Positions 47,601 through 56,335 of a DNA stretch of 64,000 nucleotides are shown here, one piece after another. Made by a program: the position numbers and the translations under genes. The stretch covers positions 4,951-68,950 of the forward strand of contig JACOST010000028.1 of NCBI GenBank assembly GCA_016178705.1, written 5' to 3'. The notes under the pieces are model-generated. The model was given only the letters and a program-made list of their open reading frames with translations. It did no database searches and had not been told where the DNA came from. Source of the stretch: Deltaproteobacteria bacterium (GTDB taxonomy: Bacteria > Desulfobacterota > Binatia > HRBIN30 > JACQVA1). The stretch's first letter is position 1, and every line of letters begins with the position of its first letter.

Positions 47601-49147
47601 AGGCGGAACCGCGCTTGTTCCGGTTCGAGCCGGGGAGCGACCGGCAAGCCCGGTAATCGGTCCCGCACCTCGGAGACCACTTCGGCGATGTCGGCCGCGC
47701 CCGGACCCATCTCCGCGGCGAGCAGTTTCGGTTCGCGCGTGTGCACATAGGCGCGGATCGCGTTGACCCACGGCCAATACGCCGGCGCGCCCTCGCCTTC
47801 GTGGCAACGCCCCCACAGCACTTGCGCGCCACGCATCTGCGCGTAGGTGGCGAGTTCTTCCGCGGTGCGGGTCTTGCCGATACCAGGTTCGCCGACGAGG
47901 AGAAGAATCCGGCCGCGGCCGGAGAGTGCGTCATCGAAGGCGGCGCGCAGTTGCTGGGTTTCCTTGTCGCGCCCCACGAAAATGCCGCTGGCGAGGCGAT
48001 CCAGTGGATTCACCGCCGGGCTTGACGCTGGTATCACTCCGGCGACGGCGCTCGGAGCGTTGGCGATTTGCGCGAGTCGCTCGCCAACGATCGCCGCGCT
48101 GGCGGGGCGCTGCGCTGGACTCTTCGCGAGCAATTGCAAGGTGAGCGCTTCCAGCTCGCGCGTGATGGCTGGATTGTGCCACGAGGGCGCGACCGGCGGT
48201 GTGTTGATGTGTTGGCTGATCACCGCGACCACATCGTCACCGAGAAAGGGTGGCCGGCCGGTCAGCAATTCGTACAGCAGTGCGCCGAGCGCGTAGAGGT
48301 CGACGCTGGCAGTCACCTCGCCGGACAGGGCCTGTTCAGGTGCCATGTAGGCGGCAGTGCCGACCATCGTCCCCATCTGCGTCAGGCGCGTCTGATCAAT
48401 GTCGAGCGCGAGACCGAAGTCCCCGAGCTTGGCGCTGCCGTCAGCGGCGAGCCACACGTTGCCGGGCTTGAGGTCGCGATGGATGACGCCTCGTGCGTGC
48501 GCGTGATCGAGCGCGAGGCAGATTTGCTGGGCGATGCGCAGGGCGTCGGTGATGGATAGGGGTGCACGGCTATGCGCCGCTACAGACTCTTCGCTGCCTA
48601 CTGCTCTCTGCCTACCGCCTACTGATTCACGCAGCAGATCATCCACGCTGCCGCCAGCCATGTACTGACTGACGATGTAGGCTTGTCCGTCCTCCTCGCC
48701 GATGTCGAAAACGGTGACGATGTGGGGATGATCGCCAAGCCGCGCCATCGCTTGCGCCTCGCGCTGAACGCGCGCGCGGCCCGCGTCGTCGAGCCCTTCG
48801 GTTTTGATCAACCCGAGCGCGACGTCGCGATCGAGCCGATGGTCGCGGGCGAGGTAGACGCGCTTGCGCGCGCCTTCGCCGAGGAGGCGCTGCACCCGAT
48901 AACGTCCGGAGGCGAAGGCAGCAGGCAGGTTGTTCGTGGTTAGGTTGTTGGTTGTTTGTGGAGGAGGGGCACTACCGATTGCGGTCGGCGTACCGGCTCC
49001 CAGTGAGGCACCACATTCGCCGCAGAACTTCTCTCCCGACTCGTTGAATGCTTGGCACTGTGGGCAGCGCAGCGCGAGCAGCGCGCCGCAGTCCGAGCAG
49101 AACATCCGACCTTCACGATTGTCGCGACCGCACGTTGCGCAACGCAT
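44666..49147 (-). CDS. Multidomain protein: double zinc ribbon, Ser/Thr kinase, STAND ATPase, TPR, class III adenylate cyclase
   Basis: CxxC pairs; HRDLKPGN, GDFG, YMAPE; GEPGIGKT, LDDLHWAD; FSDIEGST, VKSQGDGF, RIGLHAGEV..DFFG..V.LAARI. Confidence 0.92.
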   Translation of the reverse strand: MRCATCGRDNREGRMFCSDCGALLALRCPQCQAFNESGEKFCGECGASLGAGTPTAIGSAPPPQTTNNLTTNNLPAAFASGRYRVQRLLGEGARKRVYLARDHRLDRDVALGLIKTEGLDDAGRARVQREAQAMARLGDHPHIVTVFDIGEEDGQAYIVSQYMAGGSVDDLLRESVGGRQRAVGSEESVAAHSRAPLSITDALRIAQQICLALDHAHARGVIHRDLKPGNVWLAADGSAKLGDFGLALDIDQTRLTQMGTMVGTAAYMAPEQALSGEVTASVDLYALGALLYELLTGRPPFLGDDVVAVISQHINTPPVAPSWHNPAITRELEALTLQLLAKSPAQRPASAAIVGERLAQIANAPSAVAGVIPASSPAVNPLDRLASGIFVGRDKETQQLRAAFDDALSGRGRILLLVGEPGIGKTRTAEELATYAQMRGAQVLWGRCHEGEGAPAYWPWVNAIRAYVHTREPKLLAAEMGPGAADIAEVVSEVRDRLPGLPVAPRLEPEQARFRLFESVTTFLRNASRAKPLVVVLDDLHWADKPSLLLLEFLAREIGDARLLLMGTYRDVELGRQHPLEQTLAELVRNQRGERVLLRGLSGDDVARFIELTAGRTPPPALVEAVYRETEGNPFFITEVVRLLQSDGRLDRADTVASWSVEIPQGVRQVIGRRLSTLSERCNQVLTIAAVLGREFELRVLPGVSELSVDAVAEALDEAEAARIIAPLPPVAGRYRFSHALIRETLYGELRTAQRIRSHRRAAEVLEALYGTKPEPHLAELAHHFCEAAPGGDVGKAVDYAVRAAERASALLAFEEAANHYERALQTLEVGTTVDGRRRCEILLALATAEICSGSVPKADEADRRALALARELDDAELFARAALGLAINVGTPFSMSAIDERSQALNEAMERLGDAPTLLRVRILYALTVVRGWVETNDDRDARLWHAIDLARSIDDPESLRVAIHLQASVFFLGLSVRSDERRGLLTESLRLAVETGDREQEFRTRTNILRECIRSGDGEGVDRELVHLQRLAVELRQRDFVRIVDQTLADRALWRGHLDEAERCIQAALGRREHAPEAAFQVFVTQVGALRRFQGRLTEVERGTRRGRDLYPNVEGYSIHLACYLAELARDAEARAEFDRIAQAGFATLRDSNYLMNLALLADTCTLLRDSECAKELYRTLLPYEQLYLHFAHATTYGAATRALGNLAGVMRYYEGAARHFEDALAMDRRLGARAWEARTQIDYARMRLDRDGPGDREQARVLLGAALATSQELGLKGWLDMALALKLRAQGVESGTMTTSIEVVAADVQRHRPDLRSVAASDGSVTLMFSDIEGSTVINERLGDRKWLDVLRAHNAIVREHVAAHNGVEVKSQGDGFMIVFQSARRALHCAIAMQRGFTAYNQRHADEPLRVRIGLHAGEVIREADDFFGKNVVLAARIAGTAQGGEILVSAALQAATGDTAARFGAPREVALKGITEPQRIHAVAWDAD

Positions 49148-49233
49148 CCCCTACTCCTGGGTGACGCGGGATAGGACGGTGGTGTTCAACGACACGGGTC
49201 TCCGCGCCCCTCACGACGCCACATCGCGGGAAC

Positions 49234-49623
49234 TCACGCTGTCTTCAGGCCCAAATGGTCGACCATCGGATCGAAGTCGCGATCGGAGTAGAGCAGCGGC
49301 AATTTCCGCTCAATGCAGTAGGTGCCGATCATCACGTCGACCGTCTTTCGCACCGTCACGCCGGCGGCGCGCAGCGCGCGGTAGTTGCGTGCGGCGCGAA
49401 CGGCCAGGGTAGGACCGAACATGCTGACCACGGGGAACACTCTGAGCAGGCGGTATGCACGGCCAAACGCCTGCTCGCTCCGGAAACCTTGTAACACCTC
49501 GGTCAGCACGAGATCACCAATCACGATGGGTTGCTCTCCGAGCGCTTCGTGGAGTCGGTCGGTTTGCGGTGTCGCGCGACCGTTGAAGTAATCGATCCAC
49601 ACCGACGAATCGACGGCGATCAT
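49234..49623 (-). CDS. vapC: PIN-domain toxin VapC
   Basis: IAVDSSVWIDYF, TEVLQG, DVMI, YSDRDFD. Confidence 0.9.
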   Translation of the reverse strand: MIAVDSSVWIDYFNGRATPQTDRLHEALGEQPIVIGDLVLTEVLQGFRSEQAFGRAYRLLRVFPVVSMFGPTLAVRAARNYRALRAAGVTVRKTVDVMIGTYCIERKLPLLYSDRDFDPMVDHLGLKTA

Positions 49624-49820
49624 GCACGGCCATCGGCTCGCATGGCGTCCAGATCACCCTCCCAGCGCAGCTTGCCGCGCCACGCCTTGAGCGCGCGCTG
49701 GCGTTGCAAGCGCACGAGCACGCGGAGCCCTTCCTCCACAACGGCTCGCTTGGTCCGGATGCCGGTGGCTCGCTGCGCTGCGGCGATCAGCTTCTCATCA
49801 ATCACGATGTTGGTTCGCAT
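49620..49820 (-). CDS. vapB: VapB family antitoxin
   Basis: MRTNIVIDEKL...TKRAVVEEGL...WEGDLDAMR; overlaps the vapC start. Confidence 0.9.
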   Translation of the reverse strand: MRTNIVIDEKLIAAAQRATGIRTKRAVVEEGLRVLVRLQRQRALKAWRGKLRWEGDLDAMRADGRA

Positions 49821-49834
49821 GCATCTCCCCTCGA

Positions 49835-49862
49835 TGTGTATGAGCGAGCATACGTATACACA
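49835..49862. promoter_or_regulatory. Inverted repeat, probable vapBC autorepression operator
   Basis: TGTGTAT...ATACACA directly upstream of the vapB RBS. Confidence 0.5.
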
Positions 49863-49969
49863 CTCTTGGTGCGAGCGACAACGATTTCGTTCTATGCAGG
49901 ATGGCGGCGAGAAACGTGCGGCGACGCCGAATCGCCGCACCGCGAGGATGCGCTCGGAGGCGTGATCGA

Positions 49970-50000
49970 GGCGGGCGATGCCAGAACGACATCGCCCGCC
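49970..50000 (-). terminator. Hairpin downstream of the OmpA gene
   Basis: ggcgggcgatg / catcgcccgcc stem; weak U tail. Confidence 0.5.
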
Positions 50001-50015
50001 CGTGTGTGCGGATGC

Positions 50016-51038
50016 TTACTGGGTGTTGAGTTCGACGCGACGGTTCTGCTGCATCCCGTCGGCCGTCTTGTTGGTCGCCACCGGGTTTGCCTCGCCGAAG
50101 CCGACGATCTTGACTAAGCGGCTCTTCGGAACGCCACCCTTCTCCAGGTACTCGGCCACCGAGTTCGCGCGCTGCTCGGAGAGGTGTTGGTTGTACGCGT
50201 CGCCGCCGCGGCTGTCGGTGTGACCTTCGACCGACACGTTCACGTCACCGTTCTCCTTGAGCGTCGAGATCGCCTCGTCGAGAATCGGCTTCGCATCAGC
50301 TCGGATATTCCACTTGGCGGTGTCGAAGTGGACGCCGCGGAGCACGATCTTCTTCTTCATCGGCGCGGGCGGTGGCGGGGCTGGTGCTTCCGCCACGACG
50401 GGGGCAGGCTTCGGTGCCGGCGGTGGCGCATTGAAGGAGTACTTCATCGAGATGCCACCGGTCAGCCACTGCGCGTCCGATGGACCCTGTTGGTCGGGTT
50501 GTTGACCGATCAGTTGGTCCGGCTTCGGCGACATGTAGGCACGGTTCCATCGCCCCGACACGCCGACTGCGACTTGCGGCGTGAGGTTGTAGTCGAGGCC
50601 GCCGCCGACCGAGAAGCCGGGCGCTGAGTGTGTAAGGCTGCCGCTGACGCCGGCAAAGTATCCACCTTGCGCCGTCGCGTAGAACTCGAAAAGGTCGCCG
50701 AGCGGCAGTGACAAGCGCGGACCGACCGCGCCGCCGAGCACCGTGGTCATTTGGTTCTGGTTGTCGAGTCGGTGAGCGATGTTGGGGCGACTATCGTTGT
50801 CAGGCTCCAACGTGGTGGCGAGAAGCTGCGCTTGCACGCCGAGGTACTTGTTGAACATATATCCGGCGAACGGATTGCCGGCGACGCCTTCCTCTGCGTG
50901 CGCGAGGAAGGCATCGTTCGTCGGTTTTGCATAGCCAATGTCGACGCCGATATACGGGCCCTCGGCGGCACGTACGGACGACGCGACGGCCAATAGGCCT
51001 ATCGACAGCGACGCAAGAAGCGTTCGTGAACGTTTCAT
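50016..51038 (-). CDS. OmpA family protein (beta-barrel, Pro linker, peptidoglycan-binding domain)
   Basis: Signal peptide; barrel strands; VEGHTD...YNQHLSEQRA..V...G.GE..P...NRRVE. Confidence 0.93.
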   Translation of the reverse strand: MKRSRTLLASLSIGLLAVASSVRAAEGPYIGVDIGYAKPTNDAFLAHAEEGVAGNPFAGYMFNKYLGVQAQLLATTLEPDNDSRPNIAHRLDNQNQMTTVLGGAVGPRLSLPLGDLFEFYATAQGGYFAGVSGSLTHSAPGFSVGGGLDYNLTPQVAVGVSGRWNRAYMSPKPDQLIGQQPDQQGPSDAQWLTGGISMKYSFNAPPPAPKPAPVVAEAPAPPPPAPMKKKIVLRGVHFDTAKWNIRADAKPILDEAISTLKENGDVNVSVEGHTDSRGGDAYNQHLSEQRANSVAEYLEKGGVPKSRLVKIVGFGEANPVATNKTADGMQQNRRVELNTQ

Positions 51039-51252
51039 ATGCACCCTCCTTAACGCTATTGGCAGACGGAACAACTGCGACTGTTGGGCTCCGCTCATCG
51101 TACCCATCCTCAACCTACCCGCTTCGGCAACTAGAGGACTTCGAGCAAGAAGTCAAGTGCAGAAGCTGCTGTAAGTAGGTAAACAGTCGTGTCTATCTAG
51201 TCTTGAAGCTCGGCCGTGCAATGCCCGGCGCCGGCGGTGGACATGACCGTCG

Positions 51253-54200
51253 TCAGGAACCGGCGGTGCCGATTTGGACTGTCACTGAGGGCGTGGCATC
51301 GAGGATGTCTGCCGCGGGTTCGTGACGGGTAATGCGCTGAGCGTCGATGCCGTGCAATTCGCGCAGCGCCTGTTCGACGTACGCAAGGCGTCCGTTCGCC
51401 AACGCGCGCAATTCCTCAGGGGCGATCGCGGGGCGCTCAGCTAACCAGCTATCGAGCGTGGCGGCGTCGTCCGGCGACAACTCGCCGGGCTCGTCATTCG
51501 CCCGCGCATCGAGGGCGTGTTGGATGATCTCACGAGTGCCGCGCTGCGGCAGCCCGCGCAGCTTGCTCAGCAAGCCCTGCTTGCCCCACTCGGCGCGCAG
51601 CGCTTGCTCGCGCAGCCAACGCACGTCGGCGGTGGTGACGGCGGTTTCGAGGGTGACGCCGATGGCGGGCCGGCCGGCGACGAAGCCCGCCAAACGCGTG
51701 AGCTGCTCCTCGCCTTCGCTGGCGAGTGCGCTGCGCCCAGGGCGAAAGGCGATCGTGGGCGGCGCGCTGGTGGCGACCTTGCCGTCGCTGAACACACCGC
51801 CGACGAGTTTGAGCGGCGAGGTGAGCGCACCGACGATGGCGCTCTGCAGCGCACTGCGCACGACAGTGCCGAGACCGACCTGCATGCCCTCTGCGTCGGC
51901 GGTGACCGGAATGCCCAGCGCGATGTCCCCCTGCGGATCGCGCATCAATGCAAGCGCGAACGACAGTGGAATGCCGAATTGCTGCTGGAACAGCGAGTCA
52001 CCGCTCGCCCCCTGCACATCAAGGCCGTGGAGAGTCAGCCAGTTGTCCGCATCGTAGCGTCCGTTGCCAACGCTGACCTTGGACGTCAAGGAGACCGCAC
52101 CATCCCCGATGCTATAGCTCGAATAGTGCGCTGCATACGGATTGAATGGCAGCAGCAAGAGGTGGTCGGCATTCACCTCGATCCAGCCCGCACCGTCGCG
52201 CGCGAGCGCACCGAAGATGCTGAGCTTGCCTTCCGTGGCGCTGGTGGCGTCGATTCGCAAATCACTCACGGTCGGATCGGGCCAGCGCAGATCGCGCGCC
52301 GAAATGTTGAGGGGGGCGAGGCCGCCGTTGAAAAATGGCTTCACCGCGCGATCGTCCACCGCGATTCGCCCGTTCGCCAGCCTGAACGAAGCGAGCGTTA
52401 CTTCGAAGGGTCGCGGCGGTGTGGCGGACTCCGGCGGTGTGGGCGGTGTCGCCGGCGCCGCGGCATCACCCGAGAATTTCGGCAGCACGAGACCCTCGGG
52501 CACTCGGGTCAGTTGGACGGTGGGATCGGTGAGGCGAAGGTCGCCGAGTGCGACCCGTAACGGACGCGCCGGCACATTCTGCTCGGTGGCAGGCACGATG
52601 AGTTCGGTGATCGGCAGATCGAGCGACCGAGTCGCCACGTTGAAAGTCTTCGGATCGGCGCCAACCAGCCGCAGATCGCTGAGCGTGAGGCGCCCGCGAG
52701 TGCGCAGATCGGCAGGCTGCGCGATCGGCGCCACCAACTCTGCGAGCGCAAGTTCGAGCGAGTGCAGAGTCAGCGTGAAGGCCTGCGAGCCGACACTGGC
52801 GATCTTTACGTCGCTGACCGTCAGCTGGCCACCCGCGTGCAGCGGACCAGCGATCGTGTTGGCATCGTCAGTCGAGGCGGCTGGCAGCAGCGCAGCGGCG
52901 AGCACCTCCGTGATCGCCAGGTCGATCGAGTGGATTCCAACGGTCACGCGCTGCGGATCCGGAGTAGTCGCGCCGAGGTCGGCCAGGGAGAGCTTGCCCC
53001 GTACTCGCAGATCACGTGCCGCAAGCGGACTTCCGTTTGCCGCCGCTATACCGGCTTCGACGGTCACGTCCGCGGCGAGCCGAGCGGACTGCAACTGATC
53101 GGGGGGCAGCGCGCCTGTCGTCGCGATCAACTCGGGCAGCGAGAGATCGGTGATGCGGACCGTGCCCGCAAATCCCAGCGGCGCAATCCGCGCGGCTCCA
53201 TCGACGTTCAGCGAGCCCGTGCCCACACTGAGCGCTAGCTGAACTTGCGCGGGGCGTTCGGCGTCGTCTGCGAGGTCGCTGGCCGAAACCCCGACACCAA
53301 CATCGAGCGGCGCGGCCGCACCGAGCACGTGCACGTGCGAGTCGGACAGGTGCAGGGCTGTTACGGTCCAGTGCCACGGAGCTTCCGGAGCGTCGGCGGG
53401 TGGGGGTGGCGGCGGTGCGGCTGTGTTCGATGGAGCTGCGTGGGGCCCGCCCGCCAGCAATGGCAACGAGTCGCTGCCCTGCGCGCGAACAGGAAGCTCC
53501 AGGCCAACGAGATCGACCGCTCCGACAACGACGCGATGATTGCTCAGATCGACGGGGTCGACCTTCACCGTCAGGGTTTGCCAGGCGAGCGCCGGTTCGT
53601 CGAAGTTCGGGACGCGCACGCTGACGTCACGCAACGTCACCGCGCCGCGCAATTCGTTCTGTGTCCCAGTGTCGAATCGGTAGGCCAGCGTTGCGTCGAG
53701 CGCGCCTTGCAGCGCGTTCCAGCCGACGTTCGGGATGTACAACCGGGCGCGTTGGATCGGCAGGTTCTTGGCTTCCACCTCGGTGTCAAACTTGACCCCC
53801 GCTTCACTCAACGTCAGATGCGCGTCGATGGTGAGCGATCCCTGCTCGAGCGCGAGCGCTAGGTGCAGATGCGCCGGCTCGCCGTAGAAGCCGGGGCTAA
53901 CGGCTATGCCGGTGACTTCAACAGCGTCGATGGAGCTATCGATCGGTTCGCTGTCCTTGATTTTCAAGTCGCGAAAGCGCACCCCACCATCGCGCAGGAC
54001 AAAGCGGTCGAGTCCGAAGCCCCAGCCAGACGCCGCTGCGGCGGGTGCCGCGGTGGGCGTGGCACTCTCTGGGGTGTTCTCCGGTGTCGGGGCTGGAGTG
54101 CTACTCGCTGGTACAAGTGCGAGCAAATTGATCCCGCCGTCGGCCAGCCGATCGAGCGCAACGCGGGGCGACTCCAACACGACCTCGCGCAGTTGGATCG

Positions 54201-54525
54201 TCTTGCGGAACAGCGGCAGCCACCGTACTTCGATGGCGAATCGCTTCCAGGCGATGAGCGGCGGCGCGGTGTTGGGCACATCCTCCGGCGAGCCGTTAGG
54301 TAGCGCCGCCCGCACGGTCACATCCTTCAGGGCGATGCCACCACGCAGCAGCGCGAGATCGACATCCCCAATTTCCACCTGCGCGTGCAACGCCTGCGAG
54401 GCTTGCGACATCGCGACCCGGCGAACGATCGCGGGCAACGCGATGCGGATGATGAACACCACGGCGAGCACAGTCAGCCAGCGGCGCCAGCGGTACAGGT
54501 GGGGGAGCAGCAACGAGGGAGACAT
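51253..54525 (-). CDS. DUF748 (AsmA-like) protein with OmpA-like C-terminus
   Basis: N-terminal anchor; repeated beta-taco-like segments; GIPLSFALALMRD..GDI.L.IPV; SPLKL; IAFRPG. Confidence 0.82.
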   Translation of the reverse strand: MSPSLLLPHLYRWRRWLTVLAVVFIIRIALPAIVRRVAMSQASQALHAQVEIGDVDLALLRGGIALKDVTVRAALPNGSPEDVPNTAPPLIAWKRFAIEVRWLPLFRKTIQLREVVLESPRVALDRLADGGINLLALVPASSTPAPTPENTPESATPTAAPAAAASGWGFGLDRFVLRDGGVRFRDLKIKDSEPIDSSIDAVEVTGIAVSPGFYGEPAHLHLALALEQGSLTIDAHLTLSEAGVKFDTEVEAKNLPIQRARLYIPNVGWNALQGALDATLAYRFDTGTQNELRGAVTLRDVSVRVPNFDEPALAWQTLTVKVDPVDLSNHRVVVGAVDLVGLELPVRAQGSDSLPLLAGGPHAAPSNTAAPPPPPPADAPEAPWHWTVTALHLSDSHVHVLGAAAPLDVGVGVSASDLADDAERPAQVQLALSVGTGSLNVDGAARIAPLGFAGTVRITDLSLPELIATTGALPPDQLQSARLAADVTVEAGIAAANGSPLAARDLRVRGKLSLADLGATTPDPQRVTVGIHSIDLAITEVLAAALLPAASTDDANTIAGPLHAGGQLTVSDVKIASVGSQAFTLTLHSLELALAELVAPIAQPADLRTRGRLTLSDLRLVGADPKTFNVATRSLDLPITELIVPATEQNVPARPLRVALGDLRLTDPTVQLTRVPEGLVLPKFSGDAAAPATPPTPPESATPPRPFEVTLASFRLANGRIAVDDRAVKPFFNGGLAPLNISARDLRWPDPTVSDLRIDATSATEGKLSIFGALARDGAGWIEVNADHLLLLPFNPYAAHYSSYSIGDGAVSLTSKVSVGNGRYDADNWLTLHGLDVQGASGDSLFQQQFGIPLSFALALMRDPQGDIALGIPVTADAEGMQVGLGTVVRSALQSAIVGALTSPLKLVGGVFSDGKVATSAPPTIAFRPGRSALASEGEEQLTRLAGFVAGRPAIGVTLETAVTTADVRWLREQALRAEWGKQGLLSKLRGLPQRGTREIIQHALDARANDEPGELSPDDAATLDSWLAERPAIAPEELRALANGRLAYVEQALRELHGIDAQRITRHEPAADILDATPSVTVQIGTAGS

Positions 54526-54606
54526 CGTCGTGGCGTTCAGGCAATGAGTGGCATCTCTACACCGTCTGGTGGCGGCAGAGTAGAGCCCACGTGGGGAAGG
54601 ATCGAG

Positions 54607-55311
54607 TTAGGGCGTTCCGCTGCCGCTGTCCGCACACGGTGGAGTGCCGGCGTTGGCGACGAGACGGCTGAGGAGGATCTGGTCGTCGGGCACCAGTGCG
54701 GATTTGTGCGCCAGACAGAGACAGAGGTGCGGATAGGCCGGGACCATGTCGCCGAGGGCGATGTAGGCTTCGGCCAGGCGCAGATGATTTTCGAGCGTAT
54801 CGGGAAACGTCACCACCAGACCTTCGAGCAGTTCGACGCCGACTTCGGAGTCGCCGTGCGTGAGCAGCGTGCTGGGCGCGATCACGTACATCGTGCCGAG
54901 CAGTCGCGTCGCGGCGCCGTCGCGAAAGCTCGGGTCGAGTTCGCGGCTGCGGCGGGCACAGCGCTCGATGTCCCCGATCAAGTTGGCGCCGAGCAGGCCC
55001 CGCTGTTGGACGAATCGCCCGGTCACCGCGGCGCGCGCGAACATCGCGGGCGCCGTGTCCTCTTCGTGCGTGTGCACGATCTTGTAAGCGTACTCGCGAT
55101 CGGCGGGGGTATCGGTGCGGGCATTGATCAACGCTTCGAGCGCGTCGCTCAGCGCCAATACGTCGTTGCTTTGTGCGGCGGCCGTGACTTCGGGGTGAAC
55201 GGGCTTGCGGCCGGCACACGCGGACAGCAGGCAGAAGACGATCGCGAGCCACCAAACGGGGCGCAGCGCCAGAATGGGGCGGCATGCAATGATGCGAACG
55301 GAACACATCAT
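54607..55311 (-). CDS. TPR-like helical lipoprotein (TatT-like C-terminal motif)
   Basis: Lipobox LSAC; LDPSFRDGAATRLLGTMYVIAP...GD...ENHLRLAEAY. Confidence 0.65.
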   Translation of the reverse strand: MMCSVRIIACRPILALRPVWWLAIVFCLLSACAGRKPVHPEVTAAAQSNDVLALSDALEALINARTDTPADREYAYKIVHTHEEDTAPAMFARAAVTGRFVQQRGLLGANLIGDIERCARRSRELDPSFRDGAATRLLGTMYVIAPSTLLTHGDSEVGVELLEGLVVTFPDTLENHLRLAEAYIALGDMVPAYPHLCLCLAHKSALVPDDQILLSRLVANAGTPPCADSGSGTP

Positions 55312-55337
55312 GTGAATTGAAAGCTGCGAGAACTCGG

Positions 55338-56174
55338 CTAGTGGCCGTACGCGGCAATCGCGGCGGCGTAGTCTTCACCGCCAGTGGCGCTGAGCGAAAC
55401 AATACCGACTTCGCCGCAGGCACCATGGCCATCGTCAGCGCACACCTTGCTCAGGTTGTCCTCGAAACGTTTGCGCTCGGCAGCGGGCACCGCCGGAAAT
55501 GCCACCACCGCCATCGGCGGCAACTGCGCGCCCTGCCACACGGTGTGGATGCCGGCCGCGCCCTCGAGGTGCGGCAATTCCGCCAACTGCGCATCGTCAA
55601 TCAGGGCGCACACCGCCTCGCCGTTCAAAACCTTCTTGATCGTCTGCAGCGGTCGTTGGGTTTGCATCATCGTGAACTCGCTCAGCTTGAACTCGTTGCG
55701 GGCGACGACCCGCTCGATGAAGCGCACGTCATCGGTATGGTCGCTGGCGAGCGTCTTGCCCTTGCACCCGGCGAGATCCGAGGCGCTCTGGCTGATGATC
55801 GAGTACTGCCGCCCGCCCACCAGTGACACGGCAACCTGACCGATGATCTCAAGGTGGTACTTGTCTTTCAACCCCAAGAACGCCGCCAGGGACAGGATGC
55901 CGTAGTGGGGATGCTGCGCGCTGATGAACGCCTCCGCCGCGCTGCGACTGACGTAGTACTCGCCTTTGGCGCTCGGCCAATCGTTGAGTTCGGCTGCCAG
56001 TGCAACGAACTTGTCGAGGTACGGCTGCGCCAGCGCCGGGCTACCGACTCCGTGCTCCTTCAAGACGAGAATACTCACGCTCGGGCCATCACCTTCGGCG
56101 AAGGCCGTCGCCGAGCCGGTCACTGCGGCGAGCGCAATTGCGAACTGGAGCATGACAATGACAGAGACGCGCAC
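55338..56174 (-). CDS. PhnD/SsuA-like periplasmic substrate-binding protein
   Basis: SD GGAGGT then GTG; signal peptide; DLAGCKGKTL, VLNGEAVCALID, LPPMAVV. Confidence 0.65.
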   Translation of the reverse strand: MRVSVIVMLQFAIALAAVTGSATAFAEGDGPSVSILVLKEHGVGSPALAQPYLDKFVALAAELNDWPSAKGEYYVSRSAAEAFISAQHPHYGILSLAAFLGLKDKYHLEIIGQVAVSLVGGRQYSIISQSASDLAGCKGKTLASDHTDDVRFIERVVARNEFKLSEFTMMQTQRPLQTIKKVLNGEAVCALIDDAQLAELPHLEGAAGIHTVWQGAQLPPMAVVAFPAVPAAERKRFEDNLSKVCADDGHGACGEVGIVSLSATGGEDYAAAIAAYGH

Positions 56175-56335
56175 CCGTGGACCTCCTCCTGTGCGAACGC
56201 CGATGGGGCGAAGCGCGAAACCGCTGTGCATTCACTACCGCTCGAAGACGCGCCGACATTCACGCCGGCCCTTTTGCCCCAAATTGCGGCGAAAGGATAG
56301 ATCCCCGAAGCGGGTATTCCAACCGGGGGCGAAGC

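Noticed and set aside
49182-49190. GTGTTCAAC half-site upstream of the kinase-STAND-cyclase gene
   Set aside because: Single half-site, expected by chance; lacks the palindrome seen at 19370 and 24197
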